Under the pieces are notes generated by a model. That model ran no database searches. It was not told the DNA's origin and saw only the letters and a list, made by a program, of their open reading frames with translations. Shown here piece after piece: positions 9,443 through 19,011 of a stretch of 64,000 nt of DNA; the stretch's first letter is position 1; each line of letters begins with the position of its first letter. A program made the translations under genes and the position numbers. The stretch is from Alphaproteobacteria bacterium (GTDB lineage Bacteria > Pseudomonadota > Alphaproteobacteria > MPNO01 > UBA830): positions 832,001 through 896,000 of the forward strand of contig OZ251539.1 of NCBI GenBank assembly GCA_965243135.1, written 5' to 3'.

Positions 9443-10477
9443 ATGCCTGCCGTCGAATTCGGCGTTTTCGATCATCTCGACCGGCGGCCCGGCACGGCGC
9501 TGGGCCGCACTTACGAAGATCGCCTCCGGTTGATCGAACAGTACGACCGGGCCGGCTTCTACGCCTATCACCTCGCCGAACACCATGCGACGCCGCTTAC
9601 GATGGCGCCGGCGCCGAGCGTGTTTCTTTCCGCGGTCTGCCAGCGCACCCGGCGCCTGAAGTTCGGGCCCATGGTCTACGTTCTTCCCATGTACCATCCG
9701 CTGCGGCTCGTCGAAGAGGTCTCCATGCTCGACCAACTCTCCGGCGGACGGTTTCTCTTCGGGGTCGGAAAGGGCATTACGCCCTACGAGCTCTCCTATT
9801 ACGGCGTCGATCCGGCGAAAGCGCGGCCGCTCTACGAGGAGATTCTCGATATCGCCCTGACTGCGTTCGACGAGCGGCTCGGCTCGCTCAGCTGGGAGGG
9901 GCCGCATTTCCGGTTCAGCGACGTGCCGATCAATCTCCATCCGGTTCAGCAGCCCGCCCCGCCGATATGGGTCGGCATCGGCACCGAGGACGGCGCGGAG
10001 GCGGCGGGCGCGCGCGGATTCAACGTCATGGCGAACACGCCGCTCTCGCGCACGGCGGAACTTATGGCGCGGTACCGCGAAGCCCATGCCGCCGCCCGCG
10101 GCGAGGCCCTTCCGAAGATGGCGCTATGCCGGCATACCTACGTCGCGGAAACCGACGCCGAGGCGGAACGCGTCCTGCGCGAGGCGTATCCCGCCTGGTA
10201 CCGGCATTTCGTCCAGCTCTGGAGGAAGCACGGAGACAGCCCGGTGGTCGCCGCCTACGCGGAGGACTTCGACGAGACGGCCGAAAAGGACCTGTTGCTC
10301 TTCGGTTCGCCGGCGACCGTCAGGGCCGAGATCGAACGTTGCCTCGAAACCTCCGGCACCAACTACTTCGTCTGCCGTTTCGCCTACGGATCGCTGACCT
10401 ACGGCCAGTCGCGCGCCGCCCTCGACGCCTTCGTCGAAGAGGTGATGCCCTGTTTCGCCGCGGAGCGGGCCGCATGA
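9443..10477 (+). CDS. LLM-class flavin-dependent oxidoreductase
   Basis: FGVFDHLD, HLAEHH, HPLRLVEEVSMLDQLSGGR and PVQQPAPPIW motifs. Confidence 0.92.
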   Translation: MPAVEFGVFDHLDRRPGTALGRTYEDRLRLIEQYDRAGFYAYHLAEHHATPLTMAPAPSVFLSAVCQRTRRLKFGPMVYVLPMYHPLRLVEEVSMLDQLSGGRFLFGVGKGITPYELSYYGVDPAKARPLYEEILDIALTAFDERLGSLSWEGPHFRFSDVPINLHPVQQPAPPIWVGIGTEDGAEAAGARGFNVMANTPLSRTAELMARYREAHAAARGEALPKMALCRHTYVAETDAEAERVLREAYPAWYRHFVQLWRKHGDSPVVAAYAEDFDETAEKDLLLFGSPATVRAEIERCLETSGTNYFVCRFAYGSLTYGQSRAALDAFVEEVMPCFAAERAA

Positions 10478-11157
10478 TTTTCGAACGCCGCGCCTACACC
10501 ATGGATCCCGGTCGCGTGCCTGCCTTCGACCGCGCCCAGACGGATCGCGGATTCGACCTCGTGAAGCCCTTCATGGAGCGTCTCGTCGGTTATTTTTCCA
10601 CCCGCGGCGGACCGGCCGACCAGATCGTGCATTTGTACCGTTACGACGATCTCGAGGACTGGAACGCCCGCCTGCGCGGTCTATACGGCGTGCCGGAGCT
10701 CGCGCCCTACTTCGTCAACACCCGCAAGATGGTTCGCAGGCAGGAGAACGGCTTCTTCGAATTGCTGCCGTTCGCGGCGCTCAATCCGCTGTGGGGCGAG
10801 GGCCGCGACTGGCTGCCGGGCAGCGGCGGGCCTCTGGCTCCGCTCGACGGCGACCTGGTCGTCGAGGAGCGGAACTTCCAGCTTCGGCCGGGCGGCGTTC
10901 CCGCCTTCGTCGACGCCTGCGAATCCGGCGTGCCGCTCATGGAGGATCGCGCCATCGGCGCCTTCGTGTCCATGGTCGGGTCGCTGCATCGGGTGGTTCT
11001 CTGGCGTTGGTTCCGGAACGAGGCGGAACGCGCGGAGCGGTACGCGGCGGCCGATTGGCGGCAATTCCTGGAATCGGTCGCTCCCGTGGTGAGCGACCGG
11101 TCGACCCTGCTGATGACGCCCCGGCCGATTCCGCAGATGTCCCCGCTTTTCTCATGA
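10474..11157 (+). CDS. NIPSNAP family protein (two domains)
   Basis: ATGA overlap with the LLM gene. MIFERRAY..PG, IVHLYRYDDLE and second domain EERNFQLRPG. Confidence 0.85.
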   Translation: MIFERRAYTMDPGRVPAFDRAQTDRGFDLVKPFMERLVGYFSTRGGPADQIVHLYRYDDLEDWNARLRGLYGVPELAPYFVNTRKMVRRQENGFFELLPFAALNPLWGEGRDWLPGSGGPLAPLDGDLVVEERNFQLRPGGVPAFVDACESGVPLMEDRAIGAFVSMVGSLHRVVLWRWFRNEAERAERYAAADWRQFLESVAPVVSDRSTLLMTPRPIPQMSPLFS

Positions 11158-11209
11158 CGGCGCGCGGCGGCGCGTTTCCGGGGCGCGGGATCGCAACGGA
11201 GAGCGGAAA

Positions 11210-12244
11210 ATGACGTTCGTCCGCGACGCTTGGTACGTTGCGAGCTGGTCCCGGGACCTTGGTCCGGCGCCGCTGGCGGCGACCGTTCTCGGCGAGGACG
11301 TCGTGCTCTGGCGGGGCGCGGACGGGAGGCCGCGCGCCGTCGAGGATATTTGTCCGCATCGCTTTCTTCCGCTCTCGAAGGGCCGCGTGCGGGGCGACGA
11401 TCTCCAGTGCGGTTATCACGGGCTCGTTTTCGACGGTTCCGGCTCCTGCGTTCACGCCCCGACCCAGGAAACCCCTCCCTCCGGCTGCGCGCTTCGCGCC
11501 TATCCGGTCGCCGAACGCATGGGGCTGATCTGGATCTGGACGGGCGATCCGAAACTTGCGGAAACCGCGGATATCTACGATTTGCCGCAGTATCGCATGG
11601 AAGGCTGGGGAGTCGCGCACGGCGACGCGCTTGAGGTCGAAGCGAACTACCTGTTGTTGTGCGACAACCTGTGCGATCCCACGCACGTCAATTACGTTCA
11701 CCCGTCGACGCTGGGAAACCCCGACGAGATCAACGCGCCGGTGACCTACAGGGAAACCTCGTGGGGCGTGGCGACCGAACGCCTGACGCCCGATTCCGCC
11801 CCGACCGGATTCGTCCGCGCCTTCGCCGGAGACCTGGAGCGGATCGATCTGTGGCAGCGCTATCTTATGTACGTGCCGTCGGTGTCGATCATCGATTTCG
11901 GCGCGGCGGCGGCCGGCACCGGCGGTTTCGAAGGAGGCGGAGAGGCGCGGATTCAGGTCTATTCCTGCCATTTCATGACTCCGGTGACCGAAGGGCGCAC
12001 GATCGACCGCTGGCTGCACGTGCGCAATTTCGGGGCCGACGACGAGGCGGTGGGGGAGGCGATCAGCCGCCAGTTCCGCATCGCCTTCGCCGAGGACAAG
12101 GAAATTCTCGAAGCCGTTCAGGCTCGCGAGGACCGCCATCCCGGCCGCATGAAGACGGGCCTCGACCTGGACGCGTCGGCCGGCCTGTTCCGGCGCAGGA
12201 TCGACCGCCTGCTCCGCGCCCAAGCGCGCGCAGGCGCGTCGTGA
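11210..12244 (+). CDS. Rieske non-heme iron oxygenase alpha subunit (VanA-like)
   Basis: VRDAWY, CPH...CGYHG, DNLCDPTHVNYVH and FAEDKEILE motifs. Confidence 0.92.
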   Translation: MTFVRDAWYVASWSRDLGPAPLAATVLGEDVVLWRGADGRPRAVEDICPHRFLPLSKGRVRGDDLQCGYHGLVFDGSGSCVHAPTQETPPSGCALRAYPVAERMGLIWIWTGDPKLAETADIYDLPQYRMEGWGVAHGDALEVEANYLLLCDNLCDPTHVNYVHPSTLGNPDEINAPVTYRETSWGVATERLTPDSAPTGFVRAFAGDLERIDLWQRYLMYVPSVSIIDFGAAAAGTGGFEGGGEARIQVYSCHFMTPVTEGRTIDRWLHVRNFGADDEAVGEAISRQFRIAFAEDKEILEAVQAREDRHPGRMKTGLDLDASAGLFRRRIDRLLRAQARAGAS

Positions 12245-12813
12245 TCCGCGTCGCCGGACCGCGACGGCATGGGCGGAGAGTCGGGGCCAGCTCGCCGCCG
12301 GGGGGTCTTCCTGGCCGCGACCGCCGCGTTCGCCGAAGAGGCCGGGAACCGGTCGGGTCTGCAACCGGCTGAATTACGTCGACAGGGCGACCGGCGCGGA
12401 TGCCGGCGGCGGTTTACGAAACTTGCGGCTCCGGCGACGTTCTCGAACGGAGGCCGTCGGCGGGCGGCGCCCGGCGCGACGCGGTCGTGCCGAGCGGGAC
12501 CATGCTCGCCGGCCGGCCTGTTTCGGGCGCTGGACAGGAGGCGAACGTTCGCACGGGCGCGTAAGGGCGCGGGATCGGCAGAACGACCGCGGCATGCCGT
12601 AGGGCGCGACGGGCTTCGCCCGGGCGGCGAACGCGACCCGCCAGCCCGCTCCCGGCAGTTCGACCCGGGTTCGTTTCCGCTGTCCGCGCCGGGGCGTTTT
12701 TCCGCGCGGCCGTCGTTTTTTTTCGCCGAGCCTATCGCTCGTCCGGCGGGCGGCCCGGTTTCCGAATCGCCTGAACTTATGATAACTGCGATCAGCCTCC
12801 CGCGAGTTCTGCG

Positions 12814-13581
12814 ATGCCGGTTTCCGCTTTTTCCTTGCGCCCGCGGCGCGAATGGGCCCTGTTTCTCGACGTGGACGGGACCTTGCTCCACTTCGCGGAC
12901 ACTCCCGACGGAGTTCGGCGCAGCGAACGCGTGTGCCGGATTCTCGAAGCGCTCGGCCCCTGCCTCGACGGCGCCCTAGCTTTGGTCAGCGGACGGCCGA
13001 TCGAGGTCCTGGACGGCTTGTTCGCGCCGCACAGGTTGCCGGTTGCCGGCCAGCACGGGCTGCAGCGCCGCGACGCCCTGGGCCGTCGGCACGATGCCGC
13101 CGTCCCGGATGCGATTGGCCGGCTCCGGTCGCCGCTGAACGAACTGGCCCGCAACGCTCCGGGGGCGATTCTCGAGCGGAAGTCTCATGCGTTGGCCCTT
13201 CATTATCGACGGACTCCCGGCAAGGCGGTAGAGTTGAGGAGCGCCGTGAACGATCTGGTTCGAAGCTCGGCGCCCGAACTGCAGATCGTGCACGGCAGCA
13301 TGGTGATCGAGATCAAGCCGCGCAACGCGGACAAGGGATCGGCCATACGGGAATTCATGAAGGAAGCGCCGTTTTCGGGAAGATCGCCGGTCTTCATCGG
13401 CGACGACACCACCGACGAGGACGGCTTCGCCTGCGTCAACGCGTTGAACGGGCACGCGATACGGGTCGGACAAGCGAACGGAACCGCCGCGCGCTACCGT
13501 CTTCCGGGCGTCGACGAAGTCGTGAACTGGCTGGCGGCCTGGCCCCGGCTCCTGCGGAAGGACGACGATGAGCAGCCTTGA
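12814..13581 (+). CDS. otsB: Trehalose-6-phosphate phosphatase
   Basis: HAD motifs FLDVDGTL, VSGR, EIKP..DKG and FIGDDTTDEDGF. Confidence 0.92.
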   Translation: MPVSAFSLRPRREWALFLDVDGTLLHFADTPDGVRRSERVCRILEALGPCLDGALALVSGRPIEVLDGLFAPHRLPVAGQHGLQRRDALGRRHDAAVPDAIGRLRSPLNELARNAPGAILERKSHALALHYRRTPGKAVELRSAVNDLVRSSAPELQIVHGSMVIEIKPRNADKGSAIREFMKEAPFSGRSPVFIGDDTTDEDGFACVNALNGHAIRVGQANGTAARYRLPGVDEVVNWLAAWPRLLRKDDDEQP

Positions 13582-15376
13582 TCTCGCCGTTATCGGCAAC
13601 TGCAGTTTCAGCGCGCTGGTGGACCCGCTGGCGCGAGTCGTATGGTGCTGTCTGCCGCGCTTCGACGGCGATCCGCGGTTCAGCGGGCTTCTTCAGGATC
13701 CGGAGGACGACGGCTACAGCGCCTTCGCCGTGGAAATGCTGGAGTTCGCGGGGTCGAGTCAGCGCTACCGCCGGAATTCCGCGATCGTCGAGACGTTCCT
13801 TCGAGGCAGGGACGGCTCGCTGATCCAGGTGATCGACTTCGCGCCGCGCTTCAAGCAGTACGGGCGGATGTTCCGTCCCGCCACGCTGATGCGGCAGGTG
13901 GTGCCGTTGTTCGGCACTCCGCGCATCCGGGTGCGGGTGCGGCCGACCTACGATCACGGCCGGGGCCGGCCGCAAAGCACGAGCGGCTCGAACCACGTGC
14001 GCTACCCCATGCCGGACCTTACGCTTCGCCTTACGACCGATGCGCCGGTGACCTACGTGACCGACGAAATCCCCTTCATTCTGGAGCATCCTCTCACCTT
14101 CATTCTGGGGGGCGACGAATCGTTGACCGGTCCGGTCGCGGAGACATTTCGCGATTTCTTCGAGCGGACGGACGACTACTGGAGGGAATGGACCCGTTAT
14201 CTTGCGCTCCCGTTCGAATGGCAGGACGCGGTGGTGCGCGCCGCGATCACGCTGAAGCTCTCCAATTTCGAGGAAACGGGGGCCGTCATCGCGGCGCCCA
14301 CCACCTCGATTCCCGAGGCTCCCGGGAGCGGGCGCAACTGGGACTACCGGTATTGCTGGCTGAGGGATTCCTACTTCGTGGTGGATGCGCTCAACGCCTT
14401 GGGCGTGACGCGGACGATGGAGGGGTATCTCAACTACATCATGAACATCACGGAGGCTTCCCGGAACGGGGCGCTGCAGCCGGTGTTCGGAATCACGCAG
14501 AGCGCGCGGCTCGACGAAAAGGAGGTCGACTCGCTGCCCGGCTACCGCGGCATGGGTCCGGTGAGGATCGGCAACGACGCCTACCGGCAGATCCAGAACG
14601 ACGGGTACGGATCCGCGATCCTTTCCTGCGCGCAGATGTTCTTCGACATGCGCCTGACGCGGACCGGCGACGAGGCCCTGTTCCGCCGCCTGGAGGCTCT
14701 GGGCGAGCGCGCGGCGGAGTTGTGGGATCAGCCCGACGCGGGCATCTGGGAACTGCGCAACCGGGAAGAGGTTCATACCTATTCGAGCGTGATCTGCTGG
14801 GCGGGATGCGACCGACTCGCCCGGATCGCCGCGCGGCTGGGATTGAAGGAGCGCGCCGCCTACTGGTCGCGCACCGCCGCCGGCATGCGCGAAAAGATCG
14901 CCGCCGCCGCGTGGAACGCGGATATCGACAGCTTCGCCTCGACCTTCGGCGGCAGCGCGGTCGACGCGGTGCTGCTCCTGCTGCCGCAGCTGGGGTTCCT
15001 GTCGGGCGACGATCCCCGCTTCGCGGGCACGGTGAGACGGATCGAGCGGGAGCTTCGACGCGGCGATCACGTGTTCCGTTACGCCGTGGCGGACGACTTC
15101 GGCCGGCCGGAGGTCGCGTTCAACGCCTGCACCTTCTGGTACATCGACGCCCTGGCGACGATCGGACGAAGGGACGAGGCTCGGCGACTGTTCGAGAACA
15201 TGCTCGCCTCGCGCAATCCCGTGGGGCTGCTCTCCGAAGACATCGATCCCGATACGGGAGAGCTGTGGGGCAATTTCCCGCAGACCTACTCGATGGTCGG
15301 CCTGATCCATTCCGCCGTGAAGCTGTCGATTTCCTGGGAGGACGCGTTTCGTCAGCCGCCCGAGGCGGCGAACTGA
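13568..15376 (+). CDS. Glycoside hydrolase family 15 (trehalase/glucoamylase-like)
   Basis: AAPTTSIPE, RNWDYRYCWLRD, PDAGIWE and GLLSEDID...LWGNFPQTYS motifs. Confidence 0.93.
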   Translation: MSSLDLAVIGNCSFSALVDPLARVVWCCLPRFDGDPRFSGLLQDPEDDGYSAFAVEMLEFAGSSQRYRRNSAIVETFLRGRDGSLIQVIDFAPRFKQYGRMFRPATLMRQVVPLFGTPRIRVRVRPTYDHGRGRPQSTSGSNHVRYPMPDLTLRLTTDAPVTYVTDEIPFILEHPLTFILGGDESLTGPVAETFRDFFERTDDYWREWTRYLALPFEWQDAVVRAAITLKLSNFEETGAVIAAPTTSIPEAPGSGRNWDYRYCWLRDSYFVVDALNALGVTRTMEGYLNYIMNITEASRNGALQPVFGITQSARLDEKEVDSLPGYRGMGPVRIGNDAYRQIQNDGYGSAILSCAQMFFDMRLTRTGDEALFRRLEALGERAAELWDQPDAGIWELRNREEVHTYSSVICWAGCDRLARIAARLGLKERAAYWSRTAAGMREKIAAAAWNADIDSFASTFGGSAVDAVLLLLPQLGFLSGDDPRFAGTVRRIERELRRGDHVFRYAVADDFGRPEVAFNACTFWYIDALATIGRRDEARRLFENMLASRNPVGLLSEDIDPDTGELWGNFPQTYSMVGLIHSAVKLSISWEDAFRQPPEAAN

Positions 15377-15388
15377 GGGAATCGCGAG

Positions 15389-16330
15389 TTGCCTCCGTTC
15401 CTGGTCGCCGACGTCGGCGGCACCAACGCGCGTTTCGCCCTGGCGGACGACCGCGGATTCGGCGACGTGACCACTTTCGCGACGGAGTCGTTCGACGGCC
15501 CCGCGAGCGCGATTCGCGCTTTTCTCGGCGGCGCCGCGCCGCGCGCGGCGGCGATCGCCTGCGCCGGGCCGGTGGAGAACGGGAGCGCGCGGTTGACGAA
15601 CGCCGGCTGGCTCGTGGACGCCGCCCTGCTCCGCGCCGAACTCGGCGTCGAAGACGTCGTCGTGATCAACGATTTCGCGGCCGTCGCATGGGCGATCCCC
15701 GAACTGGCGGAAGAGGACGTCGTCGCGGTCGGACGGGGCGTCGCGGAGCCCGGCGCGCCCGCGCTGGCGCTGGGGGCCGGAACCGGATTGGGGGTGGCGG
15801 CCTACGTGCCCTGCGGCGACGCCGCGACGGTGGTTTCGGGCGAGGGGGGCCACGTGACCATGCCGGCCTCGACGGAGCGGGAATCCGAAATGCTCTCCGC
15901 GTTCCGGCGGCGGCTGGGCCACGTTTCCGCCGAGCGGCTGCTGTCCGGCGACGGTCTGGCGCGGCTTCACGAATGGCACGGCGGCCCGCCGGGGCGCAGT
16001 CCGGCCGAGATCACGGACGCCGCGGCGAGCGACGCCGACATCGTGGCGCGCCAGGCGTTGAACGCTTTCTGCGCCATGTTCGGGACGGTCGCCGGCGATC
16101 TTGCGCTGGCCTTCGGCGCGCGCGGCGGCGTCTATATCGCGGGAGGAATCGTTCCCCGGATCGCGGACTATTTCGCCGCGTCCGAGTTCCGGCGGCGCTT
16201 CGAGGCCAAGGGCCGCTTCCAGGACTATCTCGCCGGCATACCGACGCGGATCGTGCGTCATCCGCACCCCGCTCTCGCGGGGCTGACCGGGTTGCTCGGG
16301 AAGAAAATGCGCGATTTTCCGGCCGCCTGA
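15389..16330 (+). CDS. glk: Glucokinase
   Basis: ADVGGTNARFA, INDF, GAGTGLG, EGGH, SAERLLSG, GGVYIAGGI and FEAKGRF motifs. TTG start. Confidence 0.93.
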   Translation: MPPFLVADVGGTNARFALADDRGFGDVTTFATESFDGPASAIRAFLGGAAPRAAAIACAGPVENGSARLTNAGWLVDAALLRAELGVEDVVVINDFAAVAWAIPELAEEDVVAVGRGVAEPGAPALALGAGTGLGVAAYVPCGDAATVVSGEGGHVTMPASTERESEMLSAFRRRLGHVSAERLLSGDGLARLHEWHGGPPGRSPAEITDAAASDADIVARQALNAFCAMFGTVAGDLALAFGARGGVYIAGGIVPRIADYFAASEFRRRFEAKGRFQDYLAGIPTRIVRHPHPALAGLTGLLGKKMRDFPAA

Positions 16331-16503
16331 CGCTCCGGCCGCGGAACGCGCCGCTCGACCGTCGCGCTCCGGCCGCGCCGCCCGGCGGCCGGCTGGAGCC
16401 GCGCGTTTCGCCGGGCGCCGCCGCTTGTCGCTCCGCATGCGAATCGCCGGGCGCGCATATTGAAGGCGAGCGCGTATATTGAAGGAAGGAGCGGCCCGCC
16501 GGA

Positions 16504-18852
16504 TTGCCGACGGAGAACGGGGGAGAGGCGATACCTGATTTGATCGAACTCGGCCGGGACAAGATGGAAGATCTCCTGGTCATGTCTTGGGCGCTTCGCC
16601 GGTATTCGATGGCCGAACGTCGTTTGCAGGGGCGCATGGACGAGGCGTGGTTCGGCGACTCGATCTTGCGGCACTGGCTGGAGTCCGGCGACGAAGAATT
16701 GCTTCGCGATTTGCTCGACGCGCTGCCGGCCGGACGGTTCTCCGGCTTCGCGCCTTCCATCGCCGAGCGAATGGACGGTTGGAAATGGCCGCCGTACGAG
16801 CGCGCCGTTTCCTGCTTGCTCGAGATTTCGCCGGAAAGCCTGATCCAGTCGTTCGACGAGGCGGTCGCCCGCGATCCCGTCAATTCCGGCCGGCTCGAAT
16901 TGATCGCGTCTTGCCTGGACAGCCTGCCGATGCCGGCGCGGCTCGAACTTCTGCAGGCGCTCGCGAATCGTCTTCCGGACGTCGGGAACGAGGACAGCGG
17001 GAATCTCATACTGAGCCGGTTGCTGCCACCCGCGTTGAAGCTGGGTCCCGACGTCCTGTCGCAGGTTCTGGAAGCCGCCTCGTTCCCGGATGCGTTCCAC
17101 CCGTACCTCATGGCCAGCTTTTGCAAGGCCCTGTTGGGCGATGCCGCCCTCTTTCTCGACGCCATGAGCATGATGGCGGAGGAGCCGTCCGCGGCGTTTT
17201 CGGAGCGAAGGCCGTTTTTCGACGCGGCCGCTCCGCTCGAGGAATGCGATCGGGCGCTCGCGAGCGCGATTTCTCCGGCCGACGCTCTGGATCTGCTGGA
17301 GAGGCACCGGCCCGGCTCTCCGGTTGCCGACCACGTCCGCAGGTTCCTGCCTCAAATGCTGGCTCCGCGCGACGCGACGGAACAGGACGCGGCGTGCCTG
17401 GCGGTCGCGGCCGTCCTCGACGCCTACGAACTCCGGAGTATCGATACCGGATCCCTCGGCCTCCGGGAGACGCTTCGGCTCCTCGCTCTGAATGTCTACC
17501 GGAACCCGCACGTCGAGGCGTTGACGGATCGTCTTCGCGATTTCGACCCGGGCGAGGTCGCAGCCGAGACGCGGGCGGCGATGGATCTGGCCGGTCCCGA
17601 GAAGGGCGCATTGCGTCTGGTGCGGATGACGGGCGCGCTGGGTCTGGTCGAACTCGTTCCGGATCTGATCGGATGGGCGGATCAAGACGCGGCCGACAGC
17701 GTCATCAGCGAGGCGGAAGCGGCGCTCGCGCTCTTTGGGGAGCCGTCCGTCCGCGCGGTGACCGAGGAATGGGACGGGCTCGACTTCATGCAGAGGCCGA
17801 TGGGACTGCGGGTTCTGGAACGCGTCGGGGGACAGCGCACGCTGGATTTTGCGCTGGCGCGCTACGAGGAAATGTTCGGCGACCGCGGAGGCAGGCAGGA
17901 TTGGTGTTCTCTGGTCGAGGCGTCGCCTGACGGTCGAGCGATCGATCTGCTTGCGCGGCACGTTTATCGGAAGCAGCGCGAGATCGACGAAAGCTATTGC
18001 ACGTTGTGCGTTCTGACCGGGCGCGAACCGGAAAACCTTCCGGAAGTCCGGCAGCGCGTTCTGGAGGAGCGCCGCCGCCGGAATGCGCTGACGATGGGCG
18101 AAGTTTTCAATCATGTCGCGGCGGATCTCGCATGCGGCGAGTGCGGCGATACCAATGTCTACGAGGTTCGGGACATCGTCGTCAGCGCCGCCGACGATTC
18201 CGGGCCGTTCGTCTTCGTGCGCGAGGAGTTTCCCTGCGCGTCCTGCGGCAAGTGGCCGGATTTCGAGATCCAGCCAAGCGGCGAGTTCGCGCTGATGGCG
18301 GCCGTGCGCCGTTACGATGCCGGATTGATGCCCGACATGCGGGTTTCGGATCTCGACGTTTCCTATCTCGGGAGAATGCGCTCCGCTGCCGCAGTCGTCG
18401 AGAAGTTGGGGGCGGCGCTGAAAAGCGACCCCCGAAGCGTCGTCAACCTTCTGAGAATGGCGCGGGTTCAGTATTCGTTGGGTCGATTCGCGAGGGCGGC
18501 GCGCTTCTACGACAAGGCGTGGGAAATCGAACCGGCCTCCATGGAGGCCGGCCTCGGCGCCGCCCGAATTGCCGCCGGTCTGGGGAGTGCGCGAGAAGCG
18601 CTCGATTTTTTGTCCGATCTGCAGGAAAACGAGGCGAACTGGCGCTTTTTCCGCGTGGACGAAGTTTCGCCGAGAACTTTGAAGGGAGAGTTCGCCCGCT
18701 TGCGGCGGAGATTGCGGTCCGCGCTGGGCGAGCCGCTGTCGGCGGCGGATTTCCTGAGCAGCGAAGGCCGCCGAAAGATCGGCAGGAACGAACCCTGTCC
18801 GTGCGGCAGCGGAGAGAAATACAAGAAATGCTGCATGCGCGTCGAACGGTAA
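16504..18852 (+). CDS. Large helical-repeat protein with Zn-ribbon, TPR and C-terminal SEC-C motif (paralog 1)
   Basis: CGEC...CASC; TPR-like [29 protein letters not shown]; [19 protein letters not shown]. Start uncertain. Confidence 0.85.
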   Translation: MPTENGGEAIPDLIELGRDKMEDLLVMSWALRRYSMAERRLQGRMDEAWFGDSILRHWLESGDEELLRDLLDALPAGRFSGFAPSIAERMDGWKWPPYERAVSCLLEISPESLIQSFDEAVARDPVNSGRLELIASCLDSLPMPARLELLQALANRLPDVGNEDSGNLILSRLLPPALKLGPDVLSQVLEAASFPDAFHPYLMASFCKALLGDAALFLDAMSMMAEEPSAAFSERRPFFDAAAPLEECDRALASAISPADALDLLERHRPGSPVADHVRRFLPQMLAPRDATEQDAACLAVAAVLDAYELRSIDTGSLGLRETLRLLALNVYRNPHVEALTDRLRDFDPGEVAAETRAAMDLAGPEKGALRLVRMTGALGLVELVPDLIGWADQDAADSVISEAEAALALFGEPSVRAVTEEWDGLDFMQRPMGLRVLERVGGQRTLDFALARYEEMFGDRGGRQDWCSLVEASPDGRAIDLLARHVYRKQREIDESYCTLCVLTGREPENLPEVRQRVLEERRRRNALTMGEVFNHVAADLACGECGDTNVYEVRDIVVSAADDSGPFVFVREEFPCASCGKWPDFEIQPSGEFALMAAVRRYDAGLMPDMRVSDLDVSYLGRMRSAAAVVEKLGAALKSDPRSVVNLLRMARVQYSLGRFARAARFYDKAWEIEPASMEAGLGAARIAAGLGSAREALDFLSDLQENEANWRFFRVDEVSPRTLKGEFARLRRRLRSALGEPLSAADFLSSEGRRKIGRNEPCPCGSGEKYKKCCMRVER

Positions 18853-19011
18853 GCGACCGTCGCGTCCGGCGCGCGAAGACCGCCTCGCCGGCGGCCGACC
18901 GTTCGGAAACCGTGCGTTTCGCCGGCCGGCCGGGCGCTTGTCGACCTGCCGCGCCGCGCATACAGGAAGGAAAGGCCCGCCGGAATTTCGGCGGGAAACC
19001 AAGGTGAAGAA

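Noticed and set aside
12245-12813. 570-bp GC-rich gap and ORFs 12269-12979 / 12118-12891
   Set aside because: Low-complexity translations; no recognisable RNA family or repeat array.
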